Shown in pieces: positions 1-16,819 of a DNA stretch of 64,000 nt. Below the pieces are notes generated by a model, which was given only the letters and a program-made list of their open reading frames with translations, did no database searches and was not told the DNA's origin. How positions within the stretch are numbered: the first letter of the stretch is position 1; each line of letters opens with the position of its first letter. The translations under genes and the position numbers were made by a program. The stretch lies in contig OZ024740.1 in the NCBI GenBank assembly GCA_964016885.1, forward strand, positions 401,884,001 through 401,948,000, written 5' to 3'. Source of the DNA: Eledone cirrhosa. Taxonomy: Eukaryota.

Positions 1-93
1 GAATAACCCGTTAAGGGTGAACGCACCGATTCTTTGCTTAAACTTTAATCTGTTATTTTAATAAATATAATATATATATATATATATATGTAC

Positions 94-125
<32 letters not shown>

Positions 126-150
126 TTACATATATATATACATATATATG

Positions 151-231
<81 letters not shown>

Positions 232-314
232 GTTATTCCGGGTTGAATCGGAGGTAACCACAGTAAGTAAGGTACTCAATACATAGCAGAGTATAAAAGT
301 TTTAATATAGATGA

Positions 315-361
315 GATTCTACAGGACTAGAACTGTTTCATTCATTAGAAATCAACAGGAA

Positions 362-363
<2 letters not shown>
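315..363 (-). ncRNA. Type I hammerhead motif (one core mutation), same family as 19137/19283
   Basis: GATTC CTGTTGA tttc taat gaat GAA ACAG ttctagtc CTGT A^ GAATC. Confidence 0.6.
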
Positions 364-412
<49 letters not shown>

Positions 413-966
413 TAGGTTTGTATATGAAATCATATGCGCTATGGTTATCATATACCCGATTAATGATGATCCCTGTTAGGGAATCTTCTATGAACTATAT
501 ATATAAATATACATATATCCATCCATATATACATGCGTATATAAAAAAATACATCCATGCATAAATACACTCATACATATATACAGACAGATATGAATTT
601 ACATGTTCACATGTTTACATATTAGATATGTGCATATATTTATACACGTTGGTGTAGTCACGGTTGCACACTCTGTATTTATACACTTATAACTTTATCG
701 TAGGCTTTGGCTCCTAGCGCCCTGCTTCTTTTAGTCAATTACCTAATTATATGGAAATTAGTATTCAAAAATTAGTATTCAGAACAATACTAAAGCAAAT
801 CTATATATATATACCCATCATGTTTCGTTATATTTGTTTGGATTATATACAGGTCTTCCGTTGAGGGCCCCATGAAATCTGAGAACCGATTGGAGCGTTT
901 GACATTCTTTCAATTTACTGGGAAATTCTTATTTTCTGGCATGTTTGCATGCCTACATATAGTTAT

Positions 967-1043
<77 letters not shown>

Positions 1044-1047
<4 letters not shown>

Positions 1048-1115
1048 GTCTAGTAGGAAATTTGTAGAAATTTGTATTTTTACCACAAATTTCTACAAAT
1101 ATCATACTTAACGAC

Positions 1116-1179
<64 letters not shown>

Positions 1180-1237
1180 GTCGTTAAGTATGTTATTTGT
1201 AGAAATTTGAGGTAAAAATACAAATTTCTACAAATTT
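1044..1237. repeat. Two inverted copies of a 60-75 bp mariner-MITE-like unit around a (TA)n tract
   Basis: 1058-1119 is the reverse complement of 1176-1237; the first unit has TTGGGTC..GACCCAA ends flanked by TA. Confidence 0.6.
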
Positions 1238-1289
1238 ATATATACATATATACATATATACATATATATATATATATATGTATGTATAT

Positions 1290-2000
<711 letters not shown>

Positions 2001-2029
2001 ATATGTATATATATATATATGTATATATG

Positions 2030-2062
<33 letters not shown>

Positions 2063-2065
2063 GTA

Positions 2066-2116
<51 letters not shown>

Positions 2117-2175
2117 GTATATATATATATATATATGTACATATATATATATATATATATACTCAAATATATATA

Positions 2176-2257
<82 letters not shown>

Positions 2258-2258
2258 T

Positions 2259-2331
<73 letters not shown>

Positions 2332-2369
2332 TACACATATATATATATATATATATATATAAATGCATA

Positions 2370-2592
2370 TCGTCAGTCGATCGACTTTTTGTCAAATGGG
2401 ACCGAGGAAACTATGTTTCCATTGGTCTTTCCAATTGCTAGTACTATCTATCGGTCGCAACTCCAGATAGAAGGAGCAACGTGAAATAAAGTATCTTGCT
2501 CAAGGACATAACGCATCACCTGGTCCAGGAATCGAACTCACAAACTCACGATTGTGAATCCGATTCTCTAACCACTCAACCACGCACCTTCG
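2370..2592 (-). mobile_element. tRNA-derived CORE-type SINE
   Basis: Minus strand A box TGGTTGAGTGG, B box GAGTTCGATTCC, CORE-like tgtccttgagcaaga.acttt; homologous to 31263-31485. Confidence 0.85.
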
Positions 2593-2599
2593 ATAAATG

Positions 2600-2630
<31 letters not shown>

Positions 2631-3859
2631 ATGTGTGTGTGCACAAACACTCCTACACACACAAGATTGAGTGTGTTGGAAATTATACATAATTTCGTCG
2701 TAATTATGTACTATTATAGTCAATAAAACAAATTAGACGAAGGACTTTCAGACCATGGTGTTTTTACTTCAGTACAAGAAAGTCATCTGTGAGTATCTTA
2801 TTACAGTGAATCAGAGAATTTAAGAGATATGAAGACTTACATCCGCATTAATTGGCTTTAATCGCATTAATTGGCCACATGGTCCTGTGGCTTTCATTAA
2901 TTTCTTAGGTCTACCAAAGTGTTGTATGCTAATTTTGGCAGACGGAAACTCTTTGGAAGTCTATCTGATGGATTGTAACAATAATTCACATATCTAACCT
3001 TGTCACCTTGTTTAACACCGTTGAAGAATTATGTTATGGTTATGTGAATAGAAATGTCGGTAGAAGACTCATACTGTAATATAACTGGGAAAATCCAGTG
3101 GATCGAAAATCTTAACGGAAGTTATATATATATATATATATATATATAATCAGCCGATCTACAAAGGTGAACATATTTTCGCCCGTTTCAAGCAAACGGA
3201 AAGCATAGGAGGCTCTGTCCTGGTGATGGCCTGAACCTGAAATCTACATTGATAGTTGTCCCCTGCTACTTCTTCTGGAATCCGTTAGAAGGTGCTATCC
3301 ACCAGCGTTTTCATTATTCATGGCAAGAAGGCTTTGAAAAACTTTCTTAAACATGCCCTATGTCATTAGATATACGACATTCACATACGTATATGTATAA
3401 GGCGCTAGCATTATGTATATACATATATATATATATATATATATTTGTATACCTATGAATGAGTATACAATGCGTCATTTAATTCGGTAAGAGTTGATTT
3501 GTTGGTGTAAATGTGGTTACTGTCGCTTGTAAGGCCAACATTAATTCAGAAGTTCTCATGAATGTTTTGAAATATATAGTGAGTGGATGATCATCAACTC
3601 CTGTAGATGAAGATTGGTCATTCCCTGCAGTTTCTGTAAAATGATAAATCCATAAATAAGAGTAATTTAAATAAATAATAACAATACAAATATCTGTAAG
3701 AAAGGAATTGCTGTTTATGTATCAACCATGAAGCCACAACGATACGAATTACATATTTTATCAATATTATAAAGAATCCCTTCTTCATATTTGCACACTT
3801 ACTCCTCCGACAAAATCTTGGACACAGATCCTCAAACATCCTCTTCAGCATGCTCTTAA

Positions 3860-4190
3860 ATGCAGCGGCCTCCAAGCAAGACAAACCATTCTTTTCCTTT
3901 CATTTCCCAGTCGATTGGTTTGCTTGGATAAAATGCGTCCAGCGATTCTTTCTTTAGACATTCTAACCACATGTCCGTAGTTCCGGAACTGTGATCTTTC
4001 CATAAACCATAACGTATAACATTACTCCAACGATCTTATGGAGGAACAACTTTTCAGTCGCTTGTATCCATGATCGCATTAATTCGCTCATTACACAAGG
4101 TTTATGACAATAGGTAAGGGTAGGCATGGGAACCGATTTGATGATAGCTAATTTTAGTGCTATGCTAAAACCGTAATGGTTCGGCCTATC
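3860..4190 (-). mobile_element. RTE-clade LINE fragment (post-RT region)
   Basis: KLAIIKSVPMPTLTY..MRSWIQATEKLFLHKIVGV, and in a shifted frame YGHVVRM, typical of RTE C-termini. Confidence 0.65.
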
Positions 4191-4346
4191 CAAATAGTAG
4201 TAGTAGTAGTAATTTTGATGATGATGATGATGAGAAGAATACACGTGCAAAACCGTGCGCGCAGAAATATACACCAGCAGACACACTCTAAGGCAACCAT
4301 AAAGCTAAAATATCACCGAATATATATATATATATATATATATATG

Positions 4347-4433
<87 letters not shown>

Positions 4434-4768
4434 GATATATATAATATATATATATATATATATACATGGGGGGTGGCGGTTATATTCATACACAGTAACA
4501 CACATGCAGACCCAAAGCCATTAAAGACGAATAAATAGTTGTCTCTGTTAGGCTATCATCTCAGCTGTTAGCGCAATTACGAATATGTTATGTGGTGAGT
4601 AGTAACATTAAAGAAGACATCGTGTTTGTTTTGGATGCTATTCACTGCCACATTTTCTTCACTCATGTTGTTATTTTATCCCGACACCTCTCTCCACGAT
4701 AACTAGTTAATTTGTTATTCTTCTTCTTTACAGAGATGGCTCATCATAACGCATATAATTAATATAAT

Positions 4769-4838
<70 letters not shown>

Positions 4839-4849
4839 GTATGTACATA

Positions 4850-4913
<64 letters not shown>

Positions 4914-5059
4914 CTTATTTTTCAAATAATAATAACGGTTTTTTTATTTACTTTTCAATAATAATAACAATATTATAATATATTTTGTCATCTACATTTT
5001 TTGGTGTAATTGATAACTAAACTATATTTATATATTCATTTTTTTTGTTGTCCTTACAG

Positions 5060-5169
5060 AATGGACCTTATGAAGTAAAAGACAGTCCCGATGGACTTCG
5101 TTCTTTAACACAGCCAGCATCATACTTCCCTTATGACCCTTCTATGGCAGTTTATCCATATGGGACGGG
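5060..5169 (+). CDS. Irx: Iroquois homeobox gene, internal coding exon upstream of the homeodomain (NGPYEVKDSPDGLRSLTQPASYFPYDPSMAVYPYGTG)
   Basis: Polypyrimidine tract + ttacag acceptor ending 5059; open 110-nt frame with Tyr/Pro-rich YFPYDP..YPY typical of the Irx pre-homeodomain segment; GG|gtaagt donor at 5170; phase 2 joins in frame (GG+A=Gly) to the homeodomain exon. Not in the ORF track. Confidence 0.85.
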
Positions 5170-5560
5170 GTAAGTTTATATAATCAATAATTATATATAA
5201 TTATTGCTTTGCTATTTCCAGCTAAGTAAATAAAATGTCAAATATGTTTATTTAATATTTCATTACATCAAAACTGTTTCACAAACGTCGATTTGTGAAA
5301 AAACACATGAAACCACAGATTATGTAATACATAAATGCATGCTTGCATACATATATTCACACATATAAATATTACAGTTGCACATACACAAATACACACA
5401 CACACACACCCACAGACATACACATACATACATACACAACACACATACACACACATGCACCCACTCATACACACAAACACACATATATGTATATATATAG
5501 ATATGTCCCAAGGCTCTGATACCATCAACACCACAAACACAGAGCTGGCATATCTAAGAA

Positions 5561-5612
5561 CTGACTGAGGTCATAGCCATTCAATGGCTATCATCGAAAT
5601 ATATATAGCAGT
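5561..5612 (+). ncRNA. Degenerate hammerhead-like motif in a short (TA)n-flanked element (5503-5662)
   Basis: CTGACTGA ggtcatagcca ttcaa tggctatcatc GAA ATATATAT A; helix I not convincing; AATAAA follows. Confidence 0.4.
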
Positions 5613-5657
5613 AAATAAAGGATTATGAGTTCATGCGCTCAATTGACTTATGTTTCG

Positions 5658-5813
<156 letters not shown>

Positions 5814-6424
5814 CTTAGATAGATAGCTCGATATCTAGCTATCTAGCTATCTATCTAGTTAGCTAGCTAGATAGATAGATAGATGCATGTTCCAATGAGA
5901 CCGACTTATTAATATCATAAAGTATATTTTGAGGCAAATTGGTTTTAGTGTTTCCTAATTGATGTAATCACTTCTCTATTAATTGTTATAACTTTTATCT
6001 CTTCCTTCCTATTCTCGGAATAGCAGATGGGGAATATACTGTGCTAGCAATTTCCAATTGACCACGTTATATCCATAGTTGTTCTTTTCATGAAAATTAA
6101 AAAAAACATGGCAAAGAAACATATGAACAAAATAACAATTACATGAATAAGATATTCTCATTTTAAGTATGTAAAGTTAATTTTGAAATATAATTATTTG
6201 ATTTCACGAAATTATCTTCGCTTTTCCTTGAGAGCTGCTTAAAATTACAGCTAGGGTTCAGTTTTCTTTATCCAAGTAGAAATTACAATTAATGGAAACC
6301 TTTTAACATATACTTCATTATATAAATATCCTATTAAATGAAGAAAGTAACAATTTTCTTGGAGATGGGGAATCTAATAAGTAGGATTACTTCACTATAA
6401 AATGAATGAGGCTGTTTAAGGTTT

Positions 6425-6595
6425 AATCAACCTCGTGGATCCGGATAGAGAAGACATCGCCCCAGAGATTGCCGAGGGAGACACGCGGGAATACCTACTC
6501 CTCATCGTTGGCAAATCTTCCCCGATAGCAGTAACGATGTGGTCCGGGGTTCAAGAGTGTCGGAGGTTTCCACTGCCACAGACTTGACCACAAAT
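6425..6595 (-). mobile_element. Short decayed fragment of the same CRE-like family
   Basis: Nucleotide similarity to 27590-27775 (e.g. ccccagag..gc..gggagac.cgc; tccactgcca); abuts a (TTC)n tract. Confidence 0.6.
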
Positions 6596-8025
6596 TCTTC
6601 TTCTTCTTCTTCTTCTTCTTCTTCTTCTTCTTCAGTATACTTTTCGATCTCCCCTCCATCCATTCCTTTCCTGTATTCACGGTCTGCCGACCATAAATTG
6701 GGACCAAATCCTTTCGTTTAATTTCTATTATTTCTATTTTTATGTTTTGCTTCTTTTTTTCTTTCTTATTTATCTTCCATTCCATTCCACCTCAAGCGTG
6801 CGTACGCGCACACACACAGAGACATGCAGACACACACGCACACACAAATATTCATATATAAATATATATAAATATATATATAAATATATATATATATATA
6901 AATAAATATATATATATATATATATATACCCCCACACACGCACTATATATATATGGATACGTACATCTATGAATGTTTTTATGTATGTGAGTGGTGACAA
7001 TGTGTTTTAGCATGTGTGTTTGATTGTGAAAGCATGTGTATTGAGAGTGGCAGAGTGGTTGTCGAATAGAAAATGACATCTCTTTTTACTTATGGATCCA
7101 TAGCAGAATCCTTTCACAGTGCTTTAAAATGCTGTCGTGCGCTGATAAAAAGTATTGCGATAGCGAAAAATTCTAAGCGTGGAATCCTTATCATTTCTTT
7201 AAGTCGTCAAACATGAACCATATTTAATGCGTCGTTAAGTGACTAAGGTCTATAGACTTTCCTCCAAACCTGTTAACTTCAGCATTTAACATTTCTATCT
7301 TGTTCCACATTCATAAACACTTGCGCTGGCTATCTATATATTTCTATTTATATTCATCCACTCAATGTCTTTCTTTCTCTCTCTCCCTATCTCTCACTAG
7401 ATGTATATCTTTTTTTCTTTCTCATATTTATTTATTATTTATTTATTTGTGATTTACCTGTTTTCTCCTCATAAACAGAACTAGTTTTCTTCTAATTGCA
7501 CTTAACTGCCGAAAATTGCCATTTCACCATTCTAAAATGCATGACTTTATAGGTGCTGATATACCGCTAGTTTACGATACCGTTATATTAATTCATGCAC
7601 TCGCGCACAGACACTGATATCCCTACGCCAATTACATTCATGTATGTCTATGTCTGTATGTGAGTGTACGCCGGTTTGCATACATCTATAGTCTCACTTT
7701 TCATTCATCACTATTTGGCAAAAAGTAATATTTATTATATTTTATGATCTTTGGGCATTTTAAAACTATTTAATCGCTGCTTTTGCTACACTACCTTTCT
7801 CGTTCCTCCTCAATTATCACCTCTCTTTAGCCCTCTCACTGCATCTATCTCCATTTGCTCCTTTCTCTTCACATTTACTGACTTCCTAATTATACACTGA
7901 CGCACACAGACACACGCACACATACACAAATCGTACGCATATGCGCACACATTCAAACACGCGCAAACAAAAACACACACAGATACACATACATTCACAC
8001 TCCCACACATACATTCACACACACG

Positions 8026-8080
<55 letters not shown>

Positions 8081-8275
8081 TATAAATAAATACATGGCAA
8101 ATTATGCGTATACTTTCCTCGGTAATCGATATTTCCCGAAATAACATCAGCTTGGTTCAGGAAACTCCGAGTACCAGGGAAAGTGTACGGCAATTTACTA
8201 CGTAATATATTGAATATAGTATATACACTTCTATGTTTATATATTGAAAGCTCTTTCTTTCGTGACAACACACAC

Positions 8276-8341
<66 letters not shown>

Positions 8342-8395
8342 CGTTTCTGAATTTGTTTAGCAAGATTCTTTATCTGAAATCGTGTGTTGAAACCG

Positions 8396-9609
8396 ATATT
8401 GTTATACTTTGGGAGGGTCATGTTGCCAATAAGAAACACACGCACCAGATGCTTTCACTTCAATTTATTATATATTTATAAATTTATAAATTTACAAATC
8501 TACAAACTTATAAATTTCTGGTTGGTTGGTTGGTTCCACAACCAGATAGTTGTTTGTTGTTTATATATATAGTCATAGTCCTTTCGTCACACACTCTGTG
8601 ACCTCTTCAGTGACTGGGGATTCCTTTCTTCTCTTCGTTTCTGTGCCTTTTCTTTCTTCTAGCCTACGCCATTTTGTTTCTGTGTGTGTGTTGTGTGCTC
8701 AGTTTGCGCATGTGCCACATCCGGGTGTCTGTGTGTGTTTGTGTTCATTTTTCTATTTGTTTATTTATTTATTTATTTATTTATTGTTGGTTGGTTGTTT
8801 GTTCTATGTGTGTGTGTGTTTTCATTTTCTCCTGTGTGTGTTTTCATTTTGTGTGTGTTTTCAATTGTAAGTTGTTTGTTCTATGTGTGTGTGTGTTTTC
8901 ATTTTGTCCTTAATTGTAAGTTGTGATGTTGCTGTTCCACTCATATTTTCTATTTAATTTTGGTTTTAATTCTTTTATGCTTACTGCCTCTGTAATTTGC
9001 CTAAACATTGCGTCTTTTCTGTGCGTGGATTCTATTTTTATTTCTATGCTCTCTAATCTACCCCTGTGTTCTATCTTAGCATGTTGGTAGAGCACAGATG
9101 ATTCTTTATTATCTTGGAGGTCTCGCCAGTGTTCATTTATTCGTTCCCCTATACTACGAGCTGTCTCACCTATGTACACTATATTTTTGTTTCTACATTG
9201 TCCTTCAGTACATCTTATGCTATACACTACATTTCTAGTTTTACAGTTAATATGGGGGCTTATTTTACAGGTTATACATTTCTTATCTATACATGAGGGT
9301 CTTTGGAATGGGTATGTCTTGCTAATAAGTGTTTTTACGGAGGTACCAGGTCTTTCTACTATCTTAATATTGAGATTATGTTTATTTAGGGCACTTCTAA
9401 ATTTGTAGGCTAGTTCGAGTGTGTGACGAAAGGACTATAACTATATATATAAACAACAAACAACTATCTGGTTGTGGAACCAACCAACCAACCAGAAATT
9501 TATAAGTTTGTAGATTTGTAAATTTATAAATTTATAAATATATAATAAATTGAAGTGAAAGCAACTGGTGCGTGTGTTTCTTATTGGCAACATGACCCTC
9601 CCAAAGTAT

Positions 9610-9616
<7 letters not shown>
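8396..9616 (-). mobile_element. 5'-truncated Penelope-like element (possibly Nematis clade) with GIY-YIG endonuclease, 3' pLTR and inverted partial pLTR, in an Irx intron
   Basis: Uninterrupted minus frame 9416-8910: KIVERPGTSV..CIDKKCITC..NCKTRNVVYSIRC..VYIGETARSIGERINEH..EAVSIKELKPKLN; 8396-8597 is repeated inverted at 9417-9616; HHR in the pLTR. Confidence 0.9.
8571..8615 (-). ncRNA. Type I hammerhead ribozyme in the PLE pLTR
   Basis: AGTCA CTGAAGA g GTCACA gagtg TGTGAC GAA AG ga CT A^ TGACT; canonical core, all three helices. Confidence 0.85.
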
Positions 9617-9665
<49 letters not shown>

Positions 9666-10384
9666 AAGGAATTGTGATAAGGAACCAGATGGACCATAAC
9701 GCACCAGAGTACTCAATACTTATATATATATAAGTACGCTGGAACTCAATTTTTATGTTTCTGATTCATCAGTTTCCTGTTTTATCGGAATCAAGAAACT
9801 TGTCTAGTGACCTAATCAGAGTAATCTTTGAATATATAGCATTTTATTCTTCTCATCAGTACGGATTTTCGTTTATTTTCTGTGACACCATATACATATA
9901 TTTGTGCGGGTATGTGCGTGTGTGTTACCCTGTGTATGTGTATGCTTGTAATAATATAGATACAGAGAGGGAGACTACCGTTTCTATTGGTAAACAGAAT
10001 ATACATACACATTTTATTGCCTGTTCACTTGTTCATTATACCATGTAAAATTATTATTTTCACTTAACTTCTTAGTAACAGCTAATAAATAAATCCGGAA
10101 AAAATATATTGAAATAAAATTTGAATCGAAATATAATTATGAAATTGATATGCAATTAAAATACATACAAAATAAATAATGAAATGCACTAAGTGCAGAC
10201 ACAAATACCCATTCAAACAAGCTCACATACACACGCACATATATATTTATTTATATAATACGTCGACCGGAAAGGGATTTCAGATCATTGGCATTCTAGG
10301 AAGTAAAGATTGTGAATAATTGTTAGTTAGTGCGTGGTATAAGATGGTGATACACATTAGAAGTAAGATGGGAGGGCAGACGTA

Positions 10385-10700
10385 TTATGGGCGAATAGGT
10401 AGGAAGTTTGCTTCGCATTTATAATGTTGCGGGTTCAATCTCACTGCTTAGCAACTTGGGTAAGTATGATATCATCTAACAGAGCCTCGAAATAAACCAA
10501 GCTTTGTGAGTGAAATTAACGTCTGATTGAATGTACTTATAATTCAAAAGGCCAGTACTTCCAGACACTGTGTCAAGTTGGGTCTCGGAACAATAAATTA
10601 AGAGCAAATGCATTTGTATAATACTCTGCTACATGCACGTTAATGTCACGAATATGCTGTTGTTTTGTTCGGAAAACTAGTGCAGCCATCGTCGATACAC
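10385..10700 (+). mobile_element. Decayed tRNA-derived SINE(s) in an Irx intron
   Basis: B box gggttcaatc, CORE-like acttgggtaagt; 3' part resembles 61915-62040. Confidence 0.5.
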
Positions 10701-10961
10701 ACGGAGGTATATGACATTATGAAAATAGGATGAGAAAGTCATCTGTCTGATTTGAGTTGATACAGGAACAGTTAATATATAAATCAGAAATTACTGTGGT
10801 TATATGAGTTAATCTGTTACACATAGCAAGGTTACATTCTATTGGATGTGATCTATGATATTTTTTTACAATATTTACAATATGCAAACAACTGTTGTTG
10901 TTTTTTTAAATAATTCAAGTATACAATTTTGCTGTAATATTGTATTTTTTTCTACTTTCAG

Positions 10962-11338
10962 ATATGGTGGATTAGATCTGAATGCTCGGCGGAAGAACGC
11001 TACTCGGGAAACAACTAATACTTTAAAAGCATGGCTTTACGAACATCGCAAAAATCCATATCCAACCAAAGGAGAGAAGATCATGTTAGCTATAATCACT
11101 AAAATGACACTGACACAGGTTTCCACGTGGTTTGCAAACGCTCGACGGCGTCTGAAAAAGGAAAATAAAATGACATGGTCACCACGCAATAGATCTGAAG
11201 ATAGTACAGACAATTTAGATAGTGAGGGAGAAACAGAAAACAAAGAATCAGAAAATGGAGACGCATCAGTAACGGCAACAACTGCAGGTGTTGAAAAAGA
11301 AGACCATGGAGATGATAATCCGCGGGTTCATAGCCCAG
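10962..11338 (+). CDS. Irx: Iroquois TALE-class homeodomain exon
   Basis: tttcag acceptor; [72 protein letters not shown] is the diagnostic IRO-class homeodomain (PYP loop, WFANARRR), followed by an acidic stretch; CCAG|gtaagg donor, phase 1. Confidence 0.97.
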
Positions 11339-11899
11339 GTAAGGAAATGCTTTTCAGTATTTCCGAAAAAATAAAACGAAACAAACTTATATGCACTCAT
11401 ACCAACATCTATGTATGCAGGCGAATATAACTATTATCATTTGTTACAAATAATTTAAATTTACTTTTGCTATACAGTAGAGTAAATTCTCAAATTCACA
11501 CACACACACACACTACGGTCAAAGCCACACATGCACATATACACACACTCACCGGCACAAACATCGCTATGATTACATATATTAGTATGGCTGGAATATA
11601 AATGTGTTCATGTACATTGATAAGTACATGAATATATGCATGCACCTATGTTCGTAGGGATTTATGTATGTATGTGTATATACATGCAGTCATATATATA
11701 TATATATATATGGTACCCCTGCATGGCCTCAGTCGGATGGCTGCAACAGGTAAAAGGGTAAAAGAGTGTAAAAAAGTGATATATATATATATATATATAT
11801 TTACAGGTATGGGTATGAGTGCATATTTCTATATAAATTCATTGATTCTTTGTTCATTTATTCTTTTACTAATTATTGAATTTTACGTTCTTGTTATAG

Positions 11900-12864
11900 G
11901 TCATCCTGTTGTTGATAATGGAGAAAGACCACGACGAAAAGTTTTGGATGATTCTGATGCAGACTCTGATATAGAAGATTCATCAGTGATGAAAGATGAA
12001 TTAGTAACATCGTCCACAAAAGACCGACGTCCCTTAAGTCTTGGTCACGCGAGTAAAGCTCTACTTACCATGGATGGTAATATTTCAATAATGGCCGCAC
12101 ATTCTCCGGCTATTGACGTTTTAACGGACTCTAATCGCGAGGGCGACCTAATAAAGGAAAGCCATTCCATGACTTCCCCGAATAGTCACGTGCACAGTAA
12201 TGTAAATGGCAACAACAGTAGCAGCAGCAGTAGCAATAACAACAACAGCAGTAATACCAACGGACGTATTTCAACCCTGAAGAACAATAACAATAATAAT
12301 AACAACAGCAACAACAGCAGCAACAGCAACAGAACTACTAACAGCCAACTTCATTCACAATCTCGCAGTGATATGGACAGTTCATCTCCTGTACGGCCAA
12401 AAATTTGGTCGGTCTCGCAATTTCTTGTGAACTCTCCGTCTAGCAGCAGTGAAAGTAATAGCAGTAGTAGTAGTCCAGTTGGTGGCGCCAGCGGTGGAGT
12501 TCCGGTGGGAAAAACCGTACCGGCAGTTTTCACATCGGGTAGTCGATTGCACCCGAGTCCAGGTTACCTTTATCTACAATCAGCTAGTCAAACATGGAAT
12601 GGGGGACGTTATGGGGCTTTAAGTGCATATCCTATTTCCATGTCTCACACAACTCTTTCATATCCATATAGTCTATCAACACATACCTCTTCAAAGACTG
12701 CACTAGGTGTAGCAGCTACGGCGGTACACAGTGCAGCAGGTGTCGAACTTTTACACAATGCCGAAAAATTGGCTAGCTCACAAAAAGGACTGTTTTCACC
12801 AGCTAGAGATATAGATGGTATGAGGAACAGACTATTCCCCAAAGAAGCTTCAAAATATTTCTGA
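11900..12864 (+). CDS. Irx: Iroquois exon with IRO box ([10 protein letters not shown]) and Asn/Ser low-complexity tracts; 3' end either the stop at 12862-12864 or a donor at 12818
   Basis: ttatag acceptor at 11898-11899; G+GT=Gly restores the frame of ORF 11668..12864; RPKIWS matches the IRO-box core KPKIWS. Confidence 0.92.
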
Positions 12865-13029
12865 AACGATGGTATTATAGATATAAGCATAAATGAGTAA
12901 ATAATAAAAGACACAACAGACTAAAACTGGCAATGATAATTTGATAGCATCGGAACATACACACAAAACAAAATCTGACAAGAAAAAAACATATGCAGCA
13001 GATATGTATAAGTAATTACGTGTATACTC

Positions 13030-15126
<2,097 letters not shown>

Positions 15127-15557
15127 CACCCTGGTATGGCTATGTACGCGGGCATTTTTGTATATTAAGATGTATAAAAACATATATAAAATGTCAAATA
15201 CATTTCATTTTTATCGATGCAAATTGTCAGAGTGGAAAATGACATCAATATTATGATCATCAGCAACGTCATTATTATCATCATCATCTCATCATCATTA
15301 CCATCACTATCATCGTCTTCGATATCAGCATCACCATTTTAATTCTCAACAATAACAATGGTCTCTTTGTCATTAAAATCTATTATTAGCAATATTATAT
15401 TAATAATATTATTAATGTTAATATAAATATTATTATTAATAACAATGATAAAGAAATAATAATGTTTGTTTCTTTATTTGCCGTAAAACTGACCGATAAG
15501 AGGACATTGCAATAAATGATGACAATAATAATATTAATAATAATAATAATAATAATA

Positions 15558-15591
<34 letters not shown>

Positions 15592-15817
15592 GCTATTATG
15601 TCAATCGAATCAGAAGCAGGATGGTGAAATTCTTCAATCTGATGTTATTTTAATCTAGCAAAATAGTAATAATGATAATGATAATAATAATATTAGGAAG
15701 AAGGAAGTAAGAACAAATTGAAGCTAGGAGGATAAAATGACAACGTTGAAACTGTATTTGAAACCTTGTAAAATGTTAAGAAATGTCTCATTTTTTTTTT
15801 TTGTTCAATTTTCATAG

Positions 15818-15894
15818 TTTATCTTCATCATTATTTTGAACCAGACAATAATGATTTGTTTGTTTTTGAAAGAAAAATAACACAGAATAAATAA
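15818..15894 (+). CDS. Possible short terminal Irx exon (VYLHHYFEPDNNDLFVFERKITQNK*) followed by an A-rich 3' UTR
   Basis: T12 tract + ttttcatag acceptor; in frame with candidate donor GATG|gtatga at 12818 (phase 1); about 800 nt of microsatellite-free sequence follows up to a polyA signal. No homology evidence. Confidence 0.4.
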
Positions 15895-16663
15895 AACGAA
15901 ACACAAAGACAGAATGGACTATAAAACAGAATTGAATGAGAAATTCACATTCGTATAACATATGCAAGAACATATCTACATATAACAACAGAAGCCAAAA
16001 TGTAGTAATAATATAAATCATATTAAAATAAAATAACATTTTTAAATGACAGAAAAAATGTTTGCATCACGCAGAGAAGAAACATAGAAGTTTCCAAAGA
16101 CACAAATTTTAAATAAATAACTTATATTAAAATTTAAAATAAACAATTTAAATAATTAATTAAACAAAAGGAAAAAATTAACAGTACGTCAGGAAATCTA
16201 TCCAAGAAAACAGCAACAACAAAAGCAAATACAAAACACAACAAAAACACAAACAAAACAAAACATCACCAGTACTTATGTACATACGTGTCTAATATTA
16301 TAAAAAATAAAACAAAATATCGTGAAACAGAGCCGTGATATGTAGAGAAAACGTGGTTATATACGAAAATCTTCAAGATTGTAAAAATAATGCAAAAAAC
16401 GACAAATAAATTTAAAATAACTCCAAAGAAATCGGTTAAATTAACCGAAAATTGCAAAAATGCAAGAAAAACAATAAAACTATAAATGAGAAAAAGGAAG
16501 AGAAAGTAAGTGAGAGAGAGAGAAAGAGTGAAAGAAAGAGAGGGAGAAAGTGAGAAAACAAATGAAACCAAACAAACACATTGACTTATAGATGAAGGAA
16601 GTCATCTTTGTATGTATGAAACTTCCAAGGAGAAAAGCTGGATGCTTCTTTTCCTTTATAATT

Positions 16664-16674
16664 ATTAAAATAAA
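16664..16674 (+). terminator. Candidate polyadenylation signal of Irx (overlapping ATTAAA/AATAAA)
   Basis: attaaaataaa, then GU-rich gtctgttgtttc at about 16713, just before (TA)n resumes. Confidence 0.35.
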
Positions 16675-16759
16675 AGATGCGATTTATAACAAAATATATA
16701 TATATGTAAAGGCGTCTGTTGTTTCTTAGATTTCAAATATGTGAAACTATGTGTGGTTA

Positions 16760-16819
<60 letters not shown>

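Noticed and set aside
455-500. ATGATGA TCCCT gtt AGGGA hairpin; similar remnant at 19450-19510
   Set aside because: Core too degenerate to call.
9750-9815. CTGATGA..GAAAC on the minus strand
   Set aside because: Only 4 nt between the core halves, no stem II and weak helix I; at most a rearranged remnant.
10855-11899. ORF-track N-termini of 10855..11430 and 11668..12864
   Set aside because: Intronic read-through; canonical splice sites delimit the true exons.
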